From positions 1 to 64,000 of the forward strand of contig QPGO01000023.1 of assembly GCA_008632985.1 (NCBI GenBank): a DNA stretch of 64,000 nucleotides. The letters run 5' to 3'. Below the pieces are notes generated by a model. The model did no database searches. It was not told the DNA's origin and saw only the letters and a program-made list of their open reading frames with translations. How positions within the stretch are numbered: position 1 is the stretch's first letter; each line of letters opens with the position of its first letter. The translations under genes and the position numbers were made by a program. Origin of the DNA: Psammoneis japonica (taxonomy: Eukaryota). Of the stretch, positions 34,619 through 46,516 are shown piece after piece.

Positions 34619-37084
34619 TCACATAGCTTCATAAAATAACATGTAAGCCTGGCATTTCTTCACTTCGTTCCAATGAAGTGGAGTGACGGAAAGGTCTGAG
34701 ACGAGAACCCACTCTTTTCTTGCATTCGGCGGTGCTCGTCGGTAGGTCTGATAGTGACCAGCATGAGCATTGCCCCGATGTTCAATGATACTCATCAGTT
34801 TGTACGGAATAGGCTTGTGTCTGCGTTGGATTTGCTCGTTCTTTGCCTCACCCCGACCAGTCAAACCCCTTCCACCAGAGAAACCATAGGCACAATGTAA
34901 TCCAAGATCCAAAAATTCCGGAAAGTCAATGTGTTGCAACGTCTTCGCCATGCAATTCCGAGCTGGGTCGTAATAACGCCGTTGCACATGTAAGCACAAC
35001 ACCGAAGGCATCCGCGTCAATAACAAGCACTTGTTCTTGTAGCCGCGGACCAGCGTGCTCCGTGATGAGTCCGGAAGGCCTAGAGCACTAATGTCTTCGA
35101 GGTACAATGCGTCCTGGTCGCCGAATATCTCCTTTACATCACATTCGCTGTCTGGATCCATTTGAGATAAACGAGCATATCTGGCTACGGCGGCCTCGAG
35201 TTCAGCTCGCATGGCATTGACTTGATCTTCCTCGCGATTGCTTTTCTGCAATCTCGCAGAGATGGTATCGACCGCGCCCCGAAGCATTAGTATTTCCTCG
35301 TCAAGCATCGAAGTTTCTTGCTTAATGGTGCAAGATCGACATTCCACATCGCCAACGCGCTCTACTGAGGTAAAGTCACGGAGGCATTGATTCAGTGAGC
35401 AAGCCGGAAACGGAGAAGACGAAGGCCTTGCCATAGTTCCAGAGGAAAGGTACTTGGAAATCGACGTGGGAACAATGGGAATATCTAGAAACGGCGCGTT
35501 CTGAATGGGGCTAACATGATGGCACGTGCAGCACTGCAAGGTCGACCCTATCCACCCGTTCAAGGGCGATGGTGTCATGGGTGATAGTGTCTTTAGCATA
35601 TTGAGCGTGGAAGCTGAGAGGTTTCGTTGCACAATGTCGTTCTGCTTTTGTTGAGGAGGAGCAGAAACGACTGGTGGTTGGTGCGATTCAGTGCTGAGCT
35701 CTGAATCATCGAGCTTCTTTTCTTCTTCTTGCGGTACCTGGCTTAGTGGGCCGTCTCGGCCATTTTTCTTGGCGGAAGCAGTCTTCTGTTCCAAGTCTAT
35801 TCGAGTAAGAAACGAAGACAAGGATAAGACACTGTCTTCAGTTTGATCGCTGCAGGTTGATTCCTCTAGGGAGAAATCAAGAGGTGTGGCAACAGCAAGT
35901 CGGTGCTCGCTTGAGGGTCCCTCAACCTGTTCTGCCGATGAATCCAACCCAGCTTCCAAAATAATCATTCCCAACAGTGCCTGAAGCAACTCTTGCGCAT
36001 CCTGCTGTTCTGTACCGACATTTAGTCGCCCGAGTCGACCGTGGCGGGGTCTGAACTGTGCATGTTTCTTGCTGATTCTGTACAAAATTTCTCTTGGGTC
36101 CACCTGTTCTGCGGCAGCTCCGTTGACGTGTCTCAAGTTTTTCAAAAGGCACTCGCACAACGACAAGTGGTCTTTACTTGCAGTTCCTTTGGAGAGAGTT
36201 TCGTCCAAATCCTCGTTTTGATACTGCAATTGAATGATTCGTTCCAGGTAAACGAGAAAAGGTGGCAAGGACGCAAGAGCCTGAAGAACTGAATTCAAAA
36301 AGCATGACTGCCCACCAAGGTTTGGTATTCCAGAGACATGGGTGAATTGCAATTGACCCATGGATAGACGTCGACGGCGCTTTCGTTGCCGCAACGATAC
36401 AGGCCCCAGAGCTATCTCTTTTCGTTTGAATCGACGTAACCCTTTGGCAATCACCTTGCGAGGCAACCCATGACGTACCGAGACGGAAAGCAAGTCAGAT
36501 GCCACAAGGGAAGATATCGACGCAGCTGTTTGTTGCAGGCGACCCTTTGCATCTTGTGAGATCTCATTTCCATGTACAAGCAAATCTTCGACTCGCTCTT
36601 GAATGGCTACAGCTGACGCAAGGTCAGGTGCCACACGCTGAAGATCCATTAGACTGGGATACACCGGTTCGCTCGCTTTCGAAGGCGTAGATTGAGACGT
36701 GCTGGCAGCGATCTTGTTGATCCATAAATCCTCCCGAGCCGCGACAGGAGAAACAAATTGCTCTACCATAGGAACTCCTGGAGGCTGCTTCGGTTGAATC
36801 TTTGAAGGCATCAAACTAGTTCTGCCGTTTAAATGTGTGGAGCCCCATTTGTTGTTGTTTTCCTTTGAAGTCGTCGACTGACTCGGTTGCTTCTTACTTC
36901 TACCCTCCGGAGTATGCTTTACTTCTGGCTTGTTGCTTGTTGAAGAGGAAGAACGACTCCTGGATACATCCAAAACTGAGGATTTGGATTGACGAGGTTG
37001 AGAAGGCAGACAACTGCTAGACGTTATGGGTAACGTCTCGCCCGGAGTGGGAAGTGCAGAAAGGAGCGAGCTCGTTGACTTCAT
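34619..37084 (-). CDS. Ubiquitin-specific protease (peptidase C19)
   Basis: Cys box GIPNLGGQSCFLNSVLQAL, QQDAQE, His box IIEHRGNAHAGHYQTYRR, AYMLFYE. Confidence 0.93.
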   Translation of the reverse strand: MKSTSSLLSALPTPGETLPITSSSCLPSQPRQSKSSVLDVSRSRSSSSTSNKPEVKHTPEGRSKKQPSQSTTSKENNNKWGSTHLNGRTSLMPSKIQPKQPPGVPMVEQFVSPVAAREDLWINKIAASTSQSTPSKASEPVYPSLMDLQRVAPDLASAVAIQERVEDLLVHGNEISQDAKGRLQQTAASISSLVASDLLSVSVRHGLPRKVIAKGLRRFKRKEIALGPVSLRQRKRRRRLSMGQLQFTHVSGIPNLGGQSCFLNSVLQALASLPPFLVYLERIIQLQYQNEDLDETLSKGTASKDHLSLCECLLKNLRHVNGAAAEQVDPREILYRISKKHAQFRPRHGRLGRLNVGTEQQDAQELLQALLGMIILEAGLDSSAEQVEGPSSEHRLAVATPLDFSLEESTCSDQTEDSVLSLSSFLTRIDLEQKTASAKKNGRDGPLSQVPQEEEKKLDDSELSTESHQPPVVSAPPQQKQNDIVQRNLSASTLNMLKTLSPMTPSPLNGWIGSTLQCCTCHHVSPIQNAPFLDIPIVPTSISKYLSSGTMARPSSSPFPACSLNQCLRDFTSVERVGDVECRSCTIKQETSMLDEEILMLRGAVDTISARLQKSNREEDQVNAMRAELEAAVARYARLSQMDPDSECDVKEIFGDQDALYLEDISALGLPDSSRSTLVRGYKNKCLLLTRMPSVLCLHVQRRYYDPARNCMAKTLQHIDFPEFLDLGLHCAYGFSGGRGLTGRGEAKNEQIQRRHKPIPYKLMSIIEHRGNAHAGHYQTYRRAPPNARKEWVLVSDLSVTPLHWNEVKKCQAYMLFYEAM

Positions 37085-37399
37085 GATTTTTAACAAAGAG
37101 TAGAGTGTGTGAAGGCCTTATTTTCAAAACTTCATCAAGACTAGAGGAGTCTTGGTGGTGATGAGAACGAACAACTTTGTTGATTTTAGGCGTTGTTCAG
37201 AAGGTCGACGAGGATAAAGGGTGAATAAGACGGATCGATCGACTGTGCCATTGTGTGTTGCTGCGATGCCCATACGATGCGATGCTTGCTCTGCTGGTTT
37301 TTTCTGCGCCGGGCCTTTTTGGGTGTGCGAGCCGCACTGGGCACAGCGCGCGCACAACTCGCAAAATGTCGGCGCGGCAGATTTTGACCGAGACCCCTG

Positions 37400-40300
37400 C
37401 ATGTGAGAATGGGAGCACTGTTCAGCTGGTGAAGGTGATGCCCAACACAAAAAAACTGCCCACCAAAATGATGGGGGAAAACACAGCCCCAGAGCATGAG
37501 GGTGGTGTTGCTGCAGCTGGCAGCAGTGCAAATCGTGTCTGGTTTGACGACCCCAGATGTTGTTTGACCCACGCCAGTCTTGCAGTGCAAAAGGCACACA
37601 TTTGGTGTGTCAAAATGGCAGGTCCATTGGGTGGGTCAGCACTTGCACAGACTGGAGGCCCATGTGTTGCACTCATGCTGGATGAGGGAGGCTACATCTG
37701 CAGAATGGACAGTTCATCCAAAATGGAGTGCAAACGCAATGCCATCTTGCCTGCATCATCTGATGCTCTGAAACAAACTGCGCTCATTTTCAAACACAAC
37801 AAGGTGGGTGGGCTGCCCAGCCAGAGTCTTTGCAGCTGCCCCAGCATGCTTGCAGGGAGGCAAGATTTTGCCTGTGGTGGTTGAGCAACTTTGTCATGGT
37901 GAGCCATCAGGGGTGGAGGTCGAGGTGCAAATGGGAGGTGTTTGTTGGAAGCCATGCACCAGCAGGTGAGACCAAAACCCTGGCAGTGGCTGCACAGTCA
38001 TGCTGCAAGACATGCCTTGCACTCCCACAAAGTGTGCATGGAGCCTCCTGGTGGGGGTCAAACACAAACTGGCTCAACTTGGTGACCATGAAACTGGGGT
38101 CATCCACCCAAGCAGCAACCACACAGCCCACGCCAGTTGGAAATGGCACTGACAAGAGTGGGTGCTTCACTGAGATGCTTGATGATGCAGGGGAACAAGC
38201 GTTGCCGGCATTGGGTGGTGGGTGGTGCAGTGCAGTTCATTTGCCATGGGATGTGCCATGTGCTGCGGAGTCTGGCGCAGCTGCATGTCTGCTCTCAACA
38301 TCACAGCCAAGGAAGAGCTCAGGTGAGCCCTGACATTTGATCTTGTTGCCCCCACCACCCATGCTCTTGTCCATGATGTTGCAGGTGCAAGATGTGGCAA
38401 CATGTCTCATTGGAATCAGCAGCAATGACAGAGTCATCAAGCTGCCACAAGAAAAGCACTTCTTCCCTTGACCACACAGTGCTGTGCTGCAGAGGAGTGA
38501 GATTGAGAGCTTGCAGTGTGGATGATGCAACCAAAGTGCACACTCCACAGCCTGGGAAGATTTGGGGTGTCTTTGGTGATGGGAGGGTGACCAAGGTGAT
38601 TGGTCCACAAGCTTTGAAATGCCTTGCTGGCTTGCATGCAGAAGATTTGCTTGTGAGGTGGGGTTTCTGCAAATGCACTGCTGACATTGGTGCCATGAGC
38701 ACATTTGCTGCCTCTTGAGTGGTGCTGCAAGTGCAAAGAACATCCTGATGTTTGTTGGTCATTCTGTTGATTGTGTGGCACAGGTTTGATCAAGTGTCTC
38801 AACAGAACCTGAGTGGAAGGTTCCATCACAAATGCTTCAAGGAGCTTTCTTGTCCCACTCCACGTCATTCTCAATGAGGTGTGACAACACTCACCAACCA
38901 AACACTGCAGTGCCAGAGCAGGGGCGTCCTGGACACACCTTGTTGGTTCTCACACATGCCCAACCAGTTGGGTGAGCTTGCCAGCTTCCCACCTCTCCCA
39001 GTTGTCCTCAGTGAGAAGTTTTGTCATGTCATTTTGTGCACAGAGTCAGAATGGTGTGGGCTCTGACAGAAATCAAAGAAGAGTTGGATTTCAGCTGTCA
39101 ACCTTCATTGTGAACAAGGAAGCAGTGAACAGTGACAGCAATGAAATTGGCAGTGCAAATGCCAACAGATCACCCCATTCCTCAGTCGGGGAATGGAAAC
39201 CCATCAGTGACAAGAATGGCACATTCTGGTGTGAGTGCCAAAGTGGGCTTGGGTTCAAGTTGCACCAACCGCATGTCTCAGCCATCTGGGTGTCTGAACA
39301 TCTGCGCAGGTCATCACAGGCACAAGACCAGGCACCTCCACCTGGCGCCAGACAGAAAGCTGTCATTGACCCTGGCACACATTTCCCCATTGTTCACAGG
39401 GACACCTGCAATGGTCTCTGCAAAAAGAGACTCATCTGCCATGTAGACAGCAGCAATGTTGCATTGGGTCTGGGCTGGAGTTCTGCTTGCTGTGTCCACC
39501 TGACGTCATCAACACTTGAATGATGGAAACAGAGCAAGAGTGAGTCATTCTTGTTCAAATTCTGTCAGATTGACAGTCTTGATTACCCTCACATCAATGC
39601 GATGAGCTCTCATTGAGCAACAAAAAACATCACAAGGACACAAGTGCACAAGTGGTGACTGGAGTTGATTCTGGGGTCCATTTGACAGCAAAGCCAGAAG
39701 TCACTCAAGAGAATGGATGAATGACATTCACAGTGTCAGGTTGATGGGGAGTGACAGACATCAAAGAAGAGCTGGATTTTGGCAGTCAACCTTTGCAATG
39801 AACAAGGAAACAGTGAAAAGCAACAAAATTGGCAGCACAAATGCCAATGGATCACTCCATTCCTTGGCCAGGGAATGGAAATCTGTGTCACCGGCAGCAA
39901 CAATGACACGTTCTGGTGCAAACACCAAAGTGGGCTTGGGCTCAAGTCACACCAACTGCATGTCTCAGCCGTCTGGGTTCTGGGTGTCTGAGCATCTGGG
40001 CATGCCATCACAGGCATGAGACCAGGCACCTCCACCTGGCCAGACCAAAAACTGTTCCTGACCCTGGAACACACATGTCCCCATTGTTCACAGGGGCACC
40101 TGTGATGGTCTCTGCATGGAGACTCATCTGCTGTGTAGACAGCAGCAAGGTGTTGCACTGGGCATCCCAGGTCTCAGCTTGAGCTCTGCTTGCCATGCCC
40201 ACCTGACATCATCAATGCGCTGGAATGACGGAGACAGAGCAAGAGCGAGTCACTCTTGTTCAAATTCTGTTGGGCTCTGTGACAAACTCAAGTTGGCATT

Positions 40301-43300
40301 GGATGTGGTTGCCATTTCTTGTGGCCCAAGAACAGTTGTGGCAGGCCGGCTGTGGAGTTGATGGCAGAGGAGAAGCTTTCATGCAGAGCAGCCCAGGTTG
40401 ATTTTCAGTCACATGATGAAAATCAATGGACAACAACAAGCAGCAGCTGCTGTGTTTGAGCTGAGGTTGCCACTGTGGGATTTGTGCTCCCTGCTCTAGA
40501 TCCAGGTTGATGGTGCAGTGGGATCACAGTCAAATTGGCTCAAAACCAAAGTGAGATTTGTGGCCCCTCACTGTGGGGCACCAGCGGCACATCTGCAAAT
40601 GAGTCATCAAGAAATGGCAGGACAAAGGACATTGCAACAGTTGCTGCAGAATCCAAACAGATGGGATCTTTGGGAGCAAAGGATGCCACACAACAGGAGC
40701 AGCTGAGTTGCCAAAGATGTTGCCATGTTCTCATCCAGCAGCAGGCTGCAGATCAAACCAAGGCAATTGTTCAATGACAGCAGCTTGTCCAGAGTGAAAG
40801 ATGGACCTGCCACCGCATGTTCCCCACCAGGGGCACGGTGGCTGGGGCATTGTGGGAGTTGCATTTTGAAGACCCAGAGCTCATTTGCAGCCAAACCAGT
40901 TGCCAAGCTGGCAGCTGTGACAGAAGCAGTTTGATTGACACAACTTCAATGTCAACTCATTCAAGGCCTTTTGCAACATGTGCAGAGGCCAAAGTTGAAA
41001 AAATGAAGTTTGTGCTGAGACAATGCCAACCAACACACAGAAACTGTCAACTCACTGGCGCCAAAGCATTTCTGAGCAATTGGAAACTTGGTGACGAGGG
41101 TTTTGCAACATCTTCTGGTTGAGCAGCAGCTGCCAGAAGAAGTGGAGCTGGTTCAGCACGTGTCTTTTTAGATTGTCCAAACCTTTTTGCTGGAACCTGC
41201 ACAAAAGCTCTGTGGGAAATCACTGCATTTGCAACCTGGCTTGGGTTGTTGTTGGCACAAATCATCACACCAGCCCACATGTTTTTCACACACACAGCCA
41301 AAATGTGTGTTCACAAAAAAAAATGCCTTGACACCCAGGTGAAATTCTTAAAAAAAAATGTCTCAACAAAAAACCCAGATGCACACTTTGAAAATTTTGT
41401 GGCACATTTTGAAAATGCACATCTGGGGGGCCTTTGTGTGTGTGGAGTTGGCACTGTGAGTCTCACAGAAACATTGTGCACACCCAGATGGTGCACATTT
41501 TGAAAGTTGTGGCACATGCATTTTGAAGTTGTGTCCTGCAGTTTGCACCAAAAATGTGCAAGCTTGCCATGAAGGAAAGTGCGCGCAGCCACAAAGACAT
41601 CCTTGCAACTGTCACAGGGGCTTGCATGCTTTTCCAAAGAGCTGACAACAGGCAAGTGACAAAGCAAGTGCAGAAGCTGCTCCAGCATCATTTGTTGGTG
41701 CTGCAAATTCTTCTTCTCTGGTGGCTTGATTGATTTCTTCCATGGAACCACTGCACGTGCACTTGCCCAATTTGAGCAAAAATGCAAATGAGTGCAATGC
41801 AATCTGCAATGCACTCCCTTGGTTTCCAGGAATGAAAACATGACAATGAAAAAAGTGTGAGACAAACCAAACAAAAGTGAAAACTTGCTCACATGCTAAA
41901 AAGCCTGCATCACACCCCAGCAAAAATGTTTTCTGCTCTCTGCCTCCACCCTCCACCAAAAAGCAAGGGCATTTGAACAAAAAATTCTTGGCACATGAAA
42001 TTCAACCAACTTGGCAGATTGCCCAGCATCAAAAATCACAGGAACAATGACAACGATCCCACAAAATTTCAAATGGTGGTTTCAAGGCTCTTTTTCACAA
42101 AAAAATGCTCTGTTTTTGTTTGCTGTTTAATTGCACCAACCATTGGCATCCTTTGTTTTCAAGTTTTTTGGTGTGTGTCAGAGTCTGCAAGTTCCACAGC
42201 ACACCCATGTTTGAGGCAGGTCTGCTTGAGTTCTTCTGTGCAGCAAGGTGGCTGTCAGCCACTGCATTTGCACACCACCGTTGCAGGAACTTGGACTCAT
42301 GTGGGCAAGCTGAGCTTGGGGTTTTTTGTCGGGTGTGAGGAGCACCCATGTTTGCCAAGTGCAAGCCTTTGCAGCCAGCAAGTGCAAGCTGCTCTGCTGA
42401 TTCATGGTTCATGTGTGCTTGCAAGGACACCCACATTCAAGCTCTGCTGGCCTCAGATTGGTGTTGTCCTGAAGGGAGCTCATCAGCCCATCTGCACATC
42501 ATTGCCCACTGTGCAGGATCAGCTGAGAGGTGAGGGGTTGGTCAAGCTGTGGAAGGAATGCCCTTGGCAATTTAGTGCATGCAAGACAGAGTCATTGGTT
42601 CTGGGGTGACCAAGATGCTGGCACCACAATTTGCTCTCAGCCGTCCACTCCATGGAGGGGGTCTCGGTGGTGGGGTGTCAGTTGGTGAGACCAGCTTGGG
42701 TGCTTTCTGCAAGCAACCAGTGCACACAGAGGTCAGACAGTGCAAAGCAAGTGCACACTTTGAAGCTCAATGTACTTGCCAGCAAGTGGCGCGCAAGGGT
42801 GCAGACTTCTTGACATGGGGTGGGCCGTCTGCCGTTCACACCATTGGCCATGCTGGCACCAGGGTTGGAGCCAGCAAGTCAAGTGGCAACAGCTGATGAT
42901 GCCAATTGCCAATGTCACAGATGGGGTGGCCTGCAACACTCTTGACAGCAGCTTCTTTGGATGCCACAAGGTTGCCATCTTAGAGTGGGTGCTGTCATTG
43001 GTGGGTCGTGCCATGGTTGTTGATGGTGGTGGCCAACAATCTGTTGTTTTGCACAGGGCAGCTGGCACTGGGCTGCACCCCCCTGCTCTCTTGCACACAG
43101 CCAACAAGTGCTCTGGCACATGGACAAAAAAGGGCTGAGCCACACACAACCAGCAGCAATGCAAACAGCAGATGCATGGGAGAGCATCAAGAACTGCAAC
43201 GGCACCATTGTTGTCAACAGAGAAGCAGAATTTTCACATCTCAAATGCTCTCTGCCAGTGTTGTTGACAACAGTGGGAAAAGGTTGTTTTGTTGTTTCAT

Positions 43301-43480
43301 GGGTTGGCAGAGGGGCCTGGCAAACCATGTCCAGAAAAATTGTGCGGCGGTTTGGCTGCTTCGTCTGGAGACCACCGCTGTGACCCAGAATTTCTGGTGT
43401 TTGCTCCTCTCTTGAGTGCCAGAGTGCAAGTTTCAGAGTGGTGGGACTGGTCAACCGTGATCAAGAGGTGGGTCACTCAC
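37400..43480 (-). mobile_element. Ty1/Copia (CoDi-like) LTR-retrotransposon relic, heavily mutated; LTRs not resolved
   Basis: RT remnants AHGTNVSSAFAETPPHKQIFCM, PRLWSVHFGCII and VLFLWQLDDSVIAA (~38420-38720). RNase H remnants SDDAGKMALRLHSILDELSI and FALQDW (~37570-37770). AHMNHESAEQL (~42400) lies at the GAG-pre-integrase position. Confidence 0.8.
39040..40270. repeat. Two diverged direct copies of a ~530-bp sequence (~39040-39570 and ~39730-40270)
   Basis: Collinear from TGACAGA.ATCAAAGAAGAG to GAGTCA.TCTTGTTCAAATTCTGT; mismatches dominated by CA<->TG. Confidence 0.85.
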
Positions 43481-44068
43481 TTCGTGCAGAGATGAAGGAA
43501 GAGGAGAGAAACGCAATCCAATCATCTCCGATTCCTTCTTTCCCGTCCCGATGCCAGAAACGATTCCATGCCAGAATTGGACATCATGCATCCTTTCTTC
43601 TCACAATGACATCACGCTTTCTTGTGCTTCGCGTGGTGCCGCTGCGGCATGCACGACGGAGTCTACCCGGTACGTACAGCCTCTCTCTCTAGCAGCTACA
43701 GTACTTGGAAAAGACTGCTAAAGCTAACGACCAACATTGAACAAGAGCTAACCTTTCAGCAGTCTACAGCACACCGTGCCATGTGCCATGTGTGGGTGAT
43801 TTTAAGGAGCGCTCTGTTCTCCACTCGTCCTATGAAAATGGTCAACTCCTCCAACATTCCTAGCTTGCTTGCAGCTCATCTTTAGTTGATCTTGGAGGTT
43901 CTATTGTAGCTGCTGTTCTTCTTCAAATCTGATGATGATTCGCTGTTTTGCCGGTGCAAAGCAAACGTGACATCTTTCATTCTGTAGCTGGGATCCCACA
44001 GTAGCTAAAGAGGTACAAACGTTAAAAAAAAAGCATCTCTAAACTGTTGCCATCCATAAATGATAATA

Positions 44069-44625
44069 CTAATACGCCCTCCTTTGCCCACTCTGCTCGT
44101 ACCAACGAGGAGCATTGACATCGTAAGGCGAGTAATAAGAGGAATCGCTCCAACGACCAACATATCCGCGGTAACGATGGTCGGTACCGTAACCAGCGTC
44201 CAAGTATCCTCCACCGTATCGATCCGTCCCGTATCCACTGTGGCGGTCGTAGTAGCCGCGCCCATCTGGGTTGTACCTGTAGTTGTTGTAATAGCCTTGG
44301 TTTCCGTAGTCGTAGCCTGTCGCGTCGTCCCAAACGTATCCTTCTTCGCGTTCAAGTTCCTCTACGCGTCGCTCCATATCTCTCTATGGTAAGGTGGAAA
44401 CAAACACCAAGCTCGTTAAGAGGCCGACCATTGAATAAGGAAGCAAGAGATGCATGCCAGACTTACGAGATGCCTTAGGCGGCTGTCCGTGTACGTGTCT
44501 AATTCATAGTCGTAATAGCCGACCCGAAGGGCTGACGTTTTCGCCTTTGGAGCGGTAACGGTGAAGGCAGTGGCGCCCCAAAACGGAAGAACAAAAAGCG
44601 TCACGAGTGTACCGAAGATCTTCAT
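44069..44625 (-). CDS. Small Tyr/Gly/Asp/Arg-rich protein with signal peptide and ATAF motif; intron 44466-44384
   Basis: MKIFGTLVTLFVLPFWGATAFTV; a GTAAGT..TAG intron joins RLRHL-RDMERRVEELE in frame. Confidence 0.8.
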
Positions 44626-45067
44626 CGTGTCTTTTCAACTGACTGTCAACTTATTCTCTTTGACTTCGCAACGGAGCACGGAGCAGCAGTAGAGTGGATG
44701 AGATGGTGGAGGGAAACTTTTCGATTTTTTTGACAGAATCGATGACGTGGCCGAACGAAGACATGATGACATCAGCATGACCGCGTCATAATTCGTACTT
44801 GTATATTGAATATGTATCAACAATTCGAAACCAAAAAACTCCCTCCGACCTACCATACCCGGGCGACGAGGGAGGGCGGCCGCTGGCATTCGTGGCGGCA
44901 GGCGGAAGGCAGCAACGCGGATTCTTTTCACTTTAGACTTGATCTGGCATCTGGCAGCACAGCCGAAAGTGAACGGTGTTGTTGCCACCTTGCATGGCAT
45001 CAGACTGAGAATTAGAAATCACTGATATCTGGGGTGCAACGCAAACGTGCACATCCCACCGCACATC

Positions 45068-45685
45068 ATGAGCACCCGCGCCACGTCCCTAGCGTCAAGA
45101 CGGGCAAAGACCAAGTTGATAGATCTGTTATTTGAGAAGTCTAATAAATCCAGCAAACCAAGCATTGATCCTCATTCCGCTTCGTTCTCGCAACTGAAAG
45201 CAGCCTATCTCGAACGACTGTTGGAAACGCACCCTGACAAACATCATCATGACGCAAAGGAAAAAGTCGTGCGGCAAGCTCATTTTGTAGAACTAAAAGC
45301 GGCTTGGGAACAATACGAAGCGGTGGCTAAAATTATGGATAAAACTGCATCATCGACATCATCTACTCAGACAGACTTCATCCTATTTGGAGTCGGATGC
45401 AGCTTTTCTGACTCTCCCGACGAAAGGGATCTGAGAAGCGAAATTACAGATCAAGCTTGCAGAGGGTGGTTTTCCTCTGGCGCAATTGAACAGGAATCAC
45501 GTAATGATAGAGTGGGCGACAGTGTAAGGGCTGATAACAAACAGCAACCGGTTGTGTCGTTGTGTGATGAAGACATGTTTGTCCAAGATGACCGTGAAGA
45601 TTCCTCTCAAGATTCAACGAGTGACGATGACAAACCGCGACGCCGATTCTTAGTGGATCACCCAGCACTCTTAAGAAAGAGCTAA
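45068..45685 (+). CDS. J-domain (DnaJ/Hsp40-like) protein
   Basis: LKAAYLERLLETHPDKH...FVELKAAWEQY. Confidence 0.85.
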   Translation: MSTRATSLASRRAKTKLIDLLFEKSNKSSKPSIDPHSASFSQLKAAYLERLLETHPDKHHHDAKEKVVRQAHFVELKAAWEQYEAVAKIMDKTASSTSSTQTDFILFGVGCSFSDSPDERDLRSEITDQACRGWFSSGAIEQESRNDRVGDSVRADNKQQPVVSLCDEDMFVQDDREDSSQDSTSDDDKPRRRFLVDHPALLRKS

Positions 45686-45744
45686 AAACGATCTTGCATG
45701 GCTTTCTTCCTCCGAGGATAGAGGATTCGATACCTCGCTACACC

Positions 45745-46155
45745 ATCGAGTATCGACCTATTCGGTCAACTGGTACAATTCCATTTGGTGTTTTGAGTGG
45801 CTCAAAATGGTTTTTCCAGGTACCGTAAGTTGCTCGCAAGACTCCCAGTGCTTATAAGGTACTCCCTGAAGCGTTCTCGTCTTGTTCAATTATGTATGAT
45901 CTTGCACCAAGTCGCAGAGAGAACAGGCGTGGTCTGGCTGCTTCTTGAGAAAGGTCTCACGATAGGTATCGTCGATATTTTCCCGTGGATGGAACAAACG
46001 AGACGTGTAGAGTACAGAAACAGCTCATGTTGTTTATTTCGTGCATTCTCTGCGCCAAAGCCTCTGGAGAATCAAAGTCCATGACTAACAGTACAGAGTG
46101 ATTGTTTGGTGAAAACAAGTTAGCTTGCGGAGCGCCCATTACGACAGGTATCAAT
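45745..46155 (-). pseudogene. Truncated duplicate of the fucosyltransferase 3' end
   Basis: Near-identical to ~54060-54478 (IPVVMGAPQA...), with indels and no 5' part. Confidence 0.85.
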
Positions 46156-46516
46156 TCCTTACACTCTACTTGTACTTGCTCTATTAGAAGTAAAATCGAG
46201 TTTACTCGAACCGGTACAACAGACTATGAAGCAAATATCTCGACTGTACTTACGATCTTCCTGGGTTTACTGTAGTAAAAAAATGTAAGGTCATAACTTA
46301 GGTCATAACAAAAAAGGTGGGGCATATATAAAAGTCATTGAGATTGAAACATTATTGCCTTCCAAAATAATCTCCGCTATGTGTTTCAAAATAACCGCCT
46401 GGCTCTAAAGCGACACAAAATGCACGATCCTTTTCTTGCCTCTCACTTTTTCTTTACCGTAGGCCTGACTCGTTTAGAAGAGGTACCCATTAGCCTTTGA
46501 TACTTTGATCAGCATC

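Noticed and set aside
39040..40270. The two 530-bp repeats as the LTRs of the Copia element
   Set aside because: They lie inside the pol region only ~160 bp apart; no PBS/PPT or clear TG..CA termini found.
41290..42200. A/T-run-rich segment inside the Copia relic as a further MITE
   Set aside because: Composition differs from the surrounding sequence, but I could not define TIRs or a TSD.
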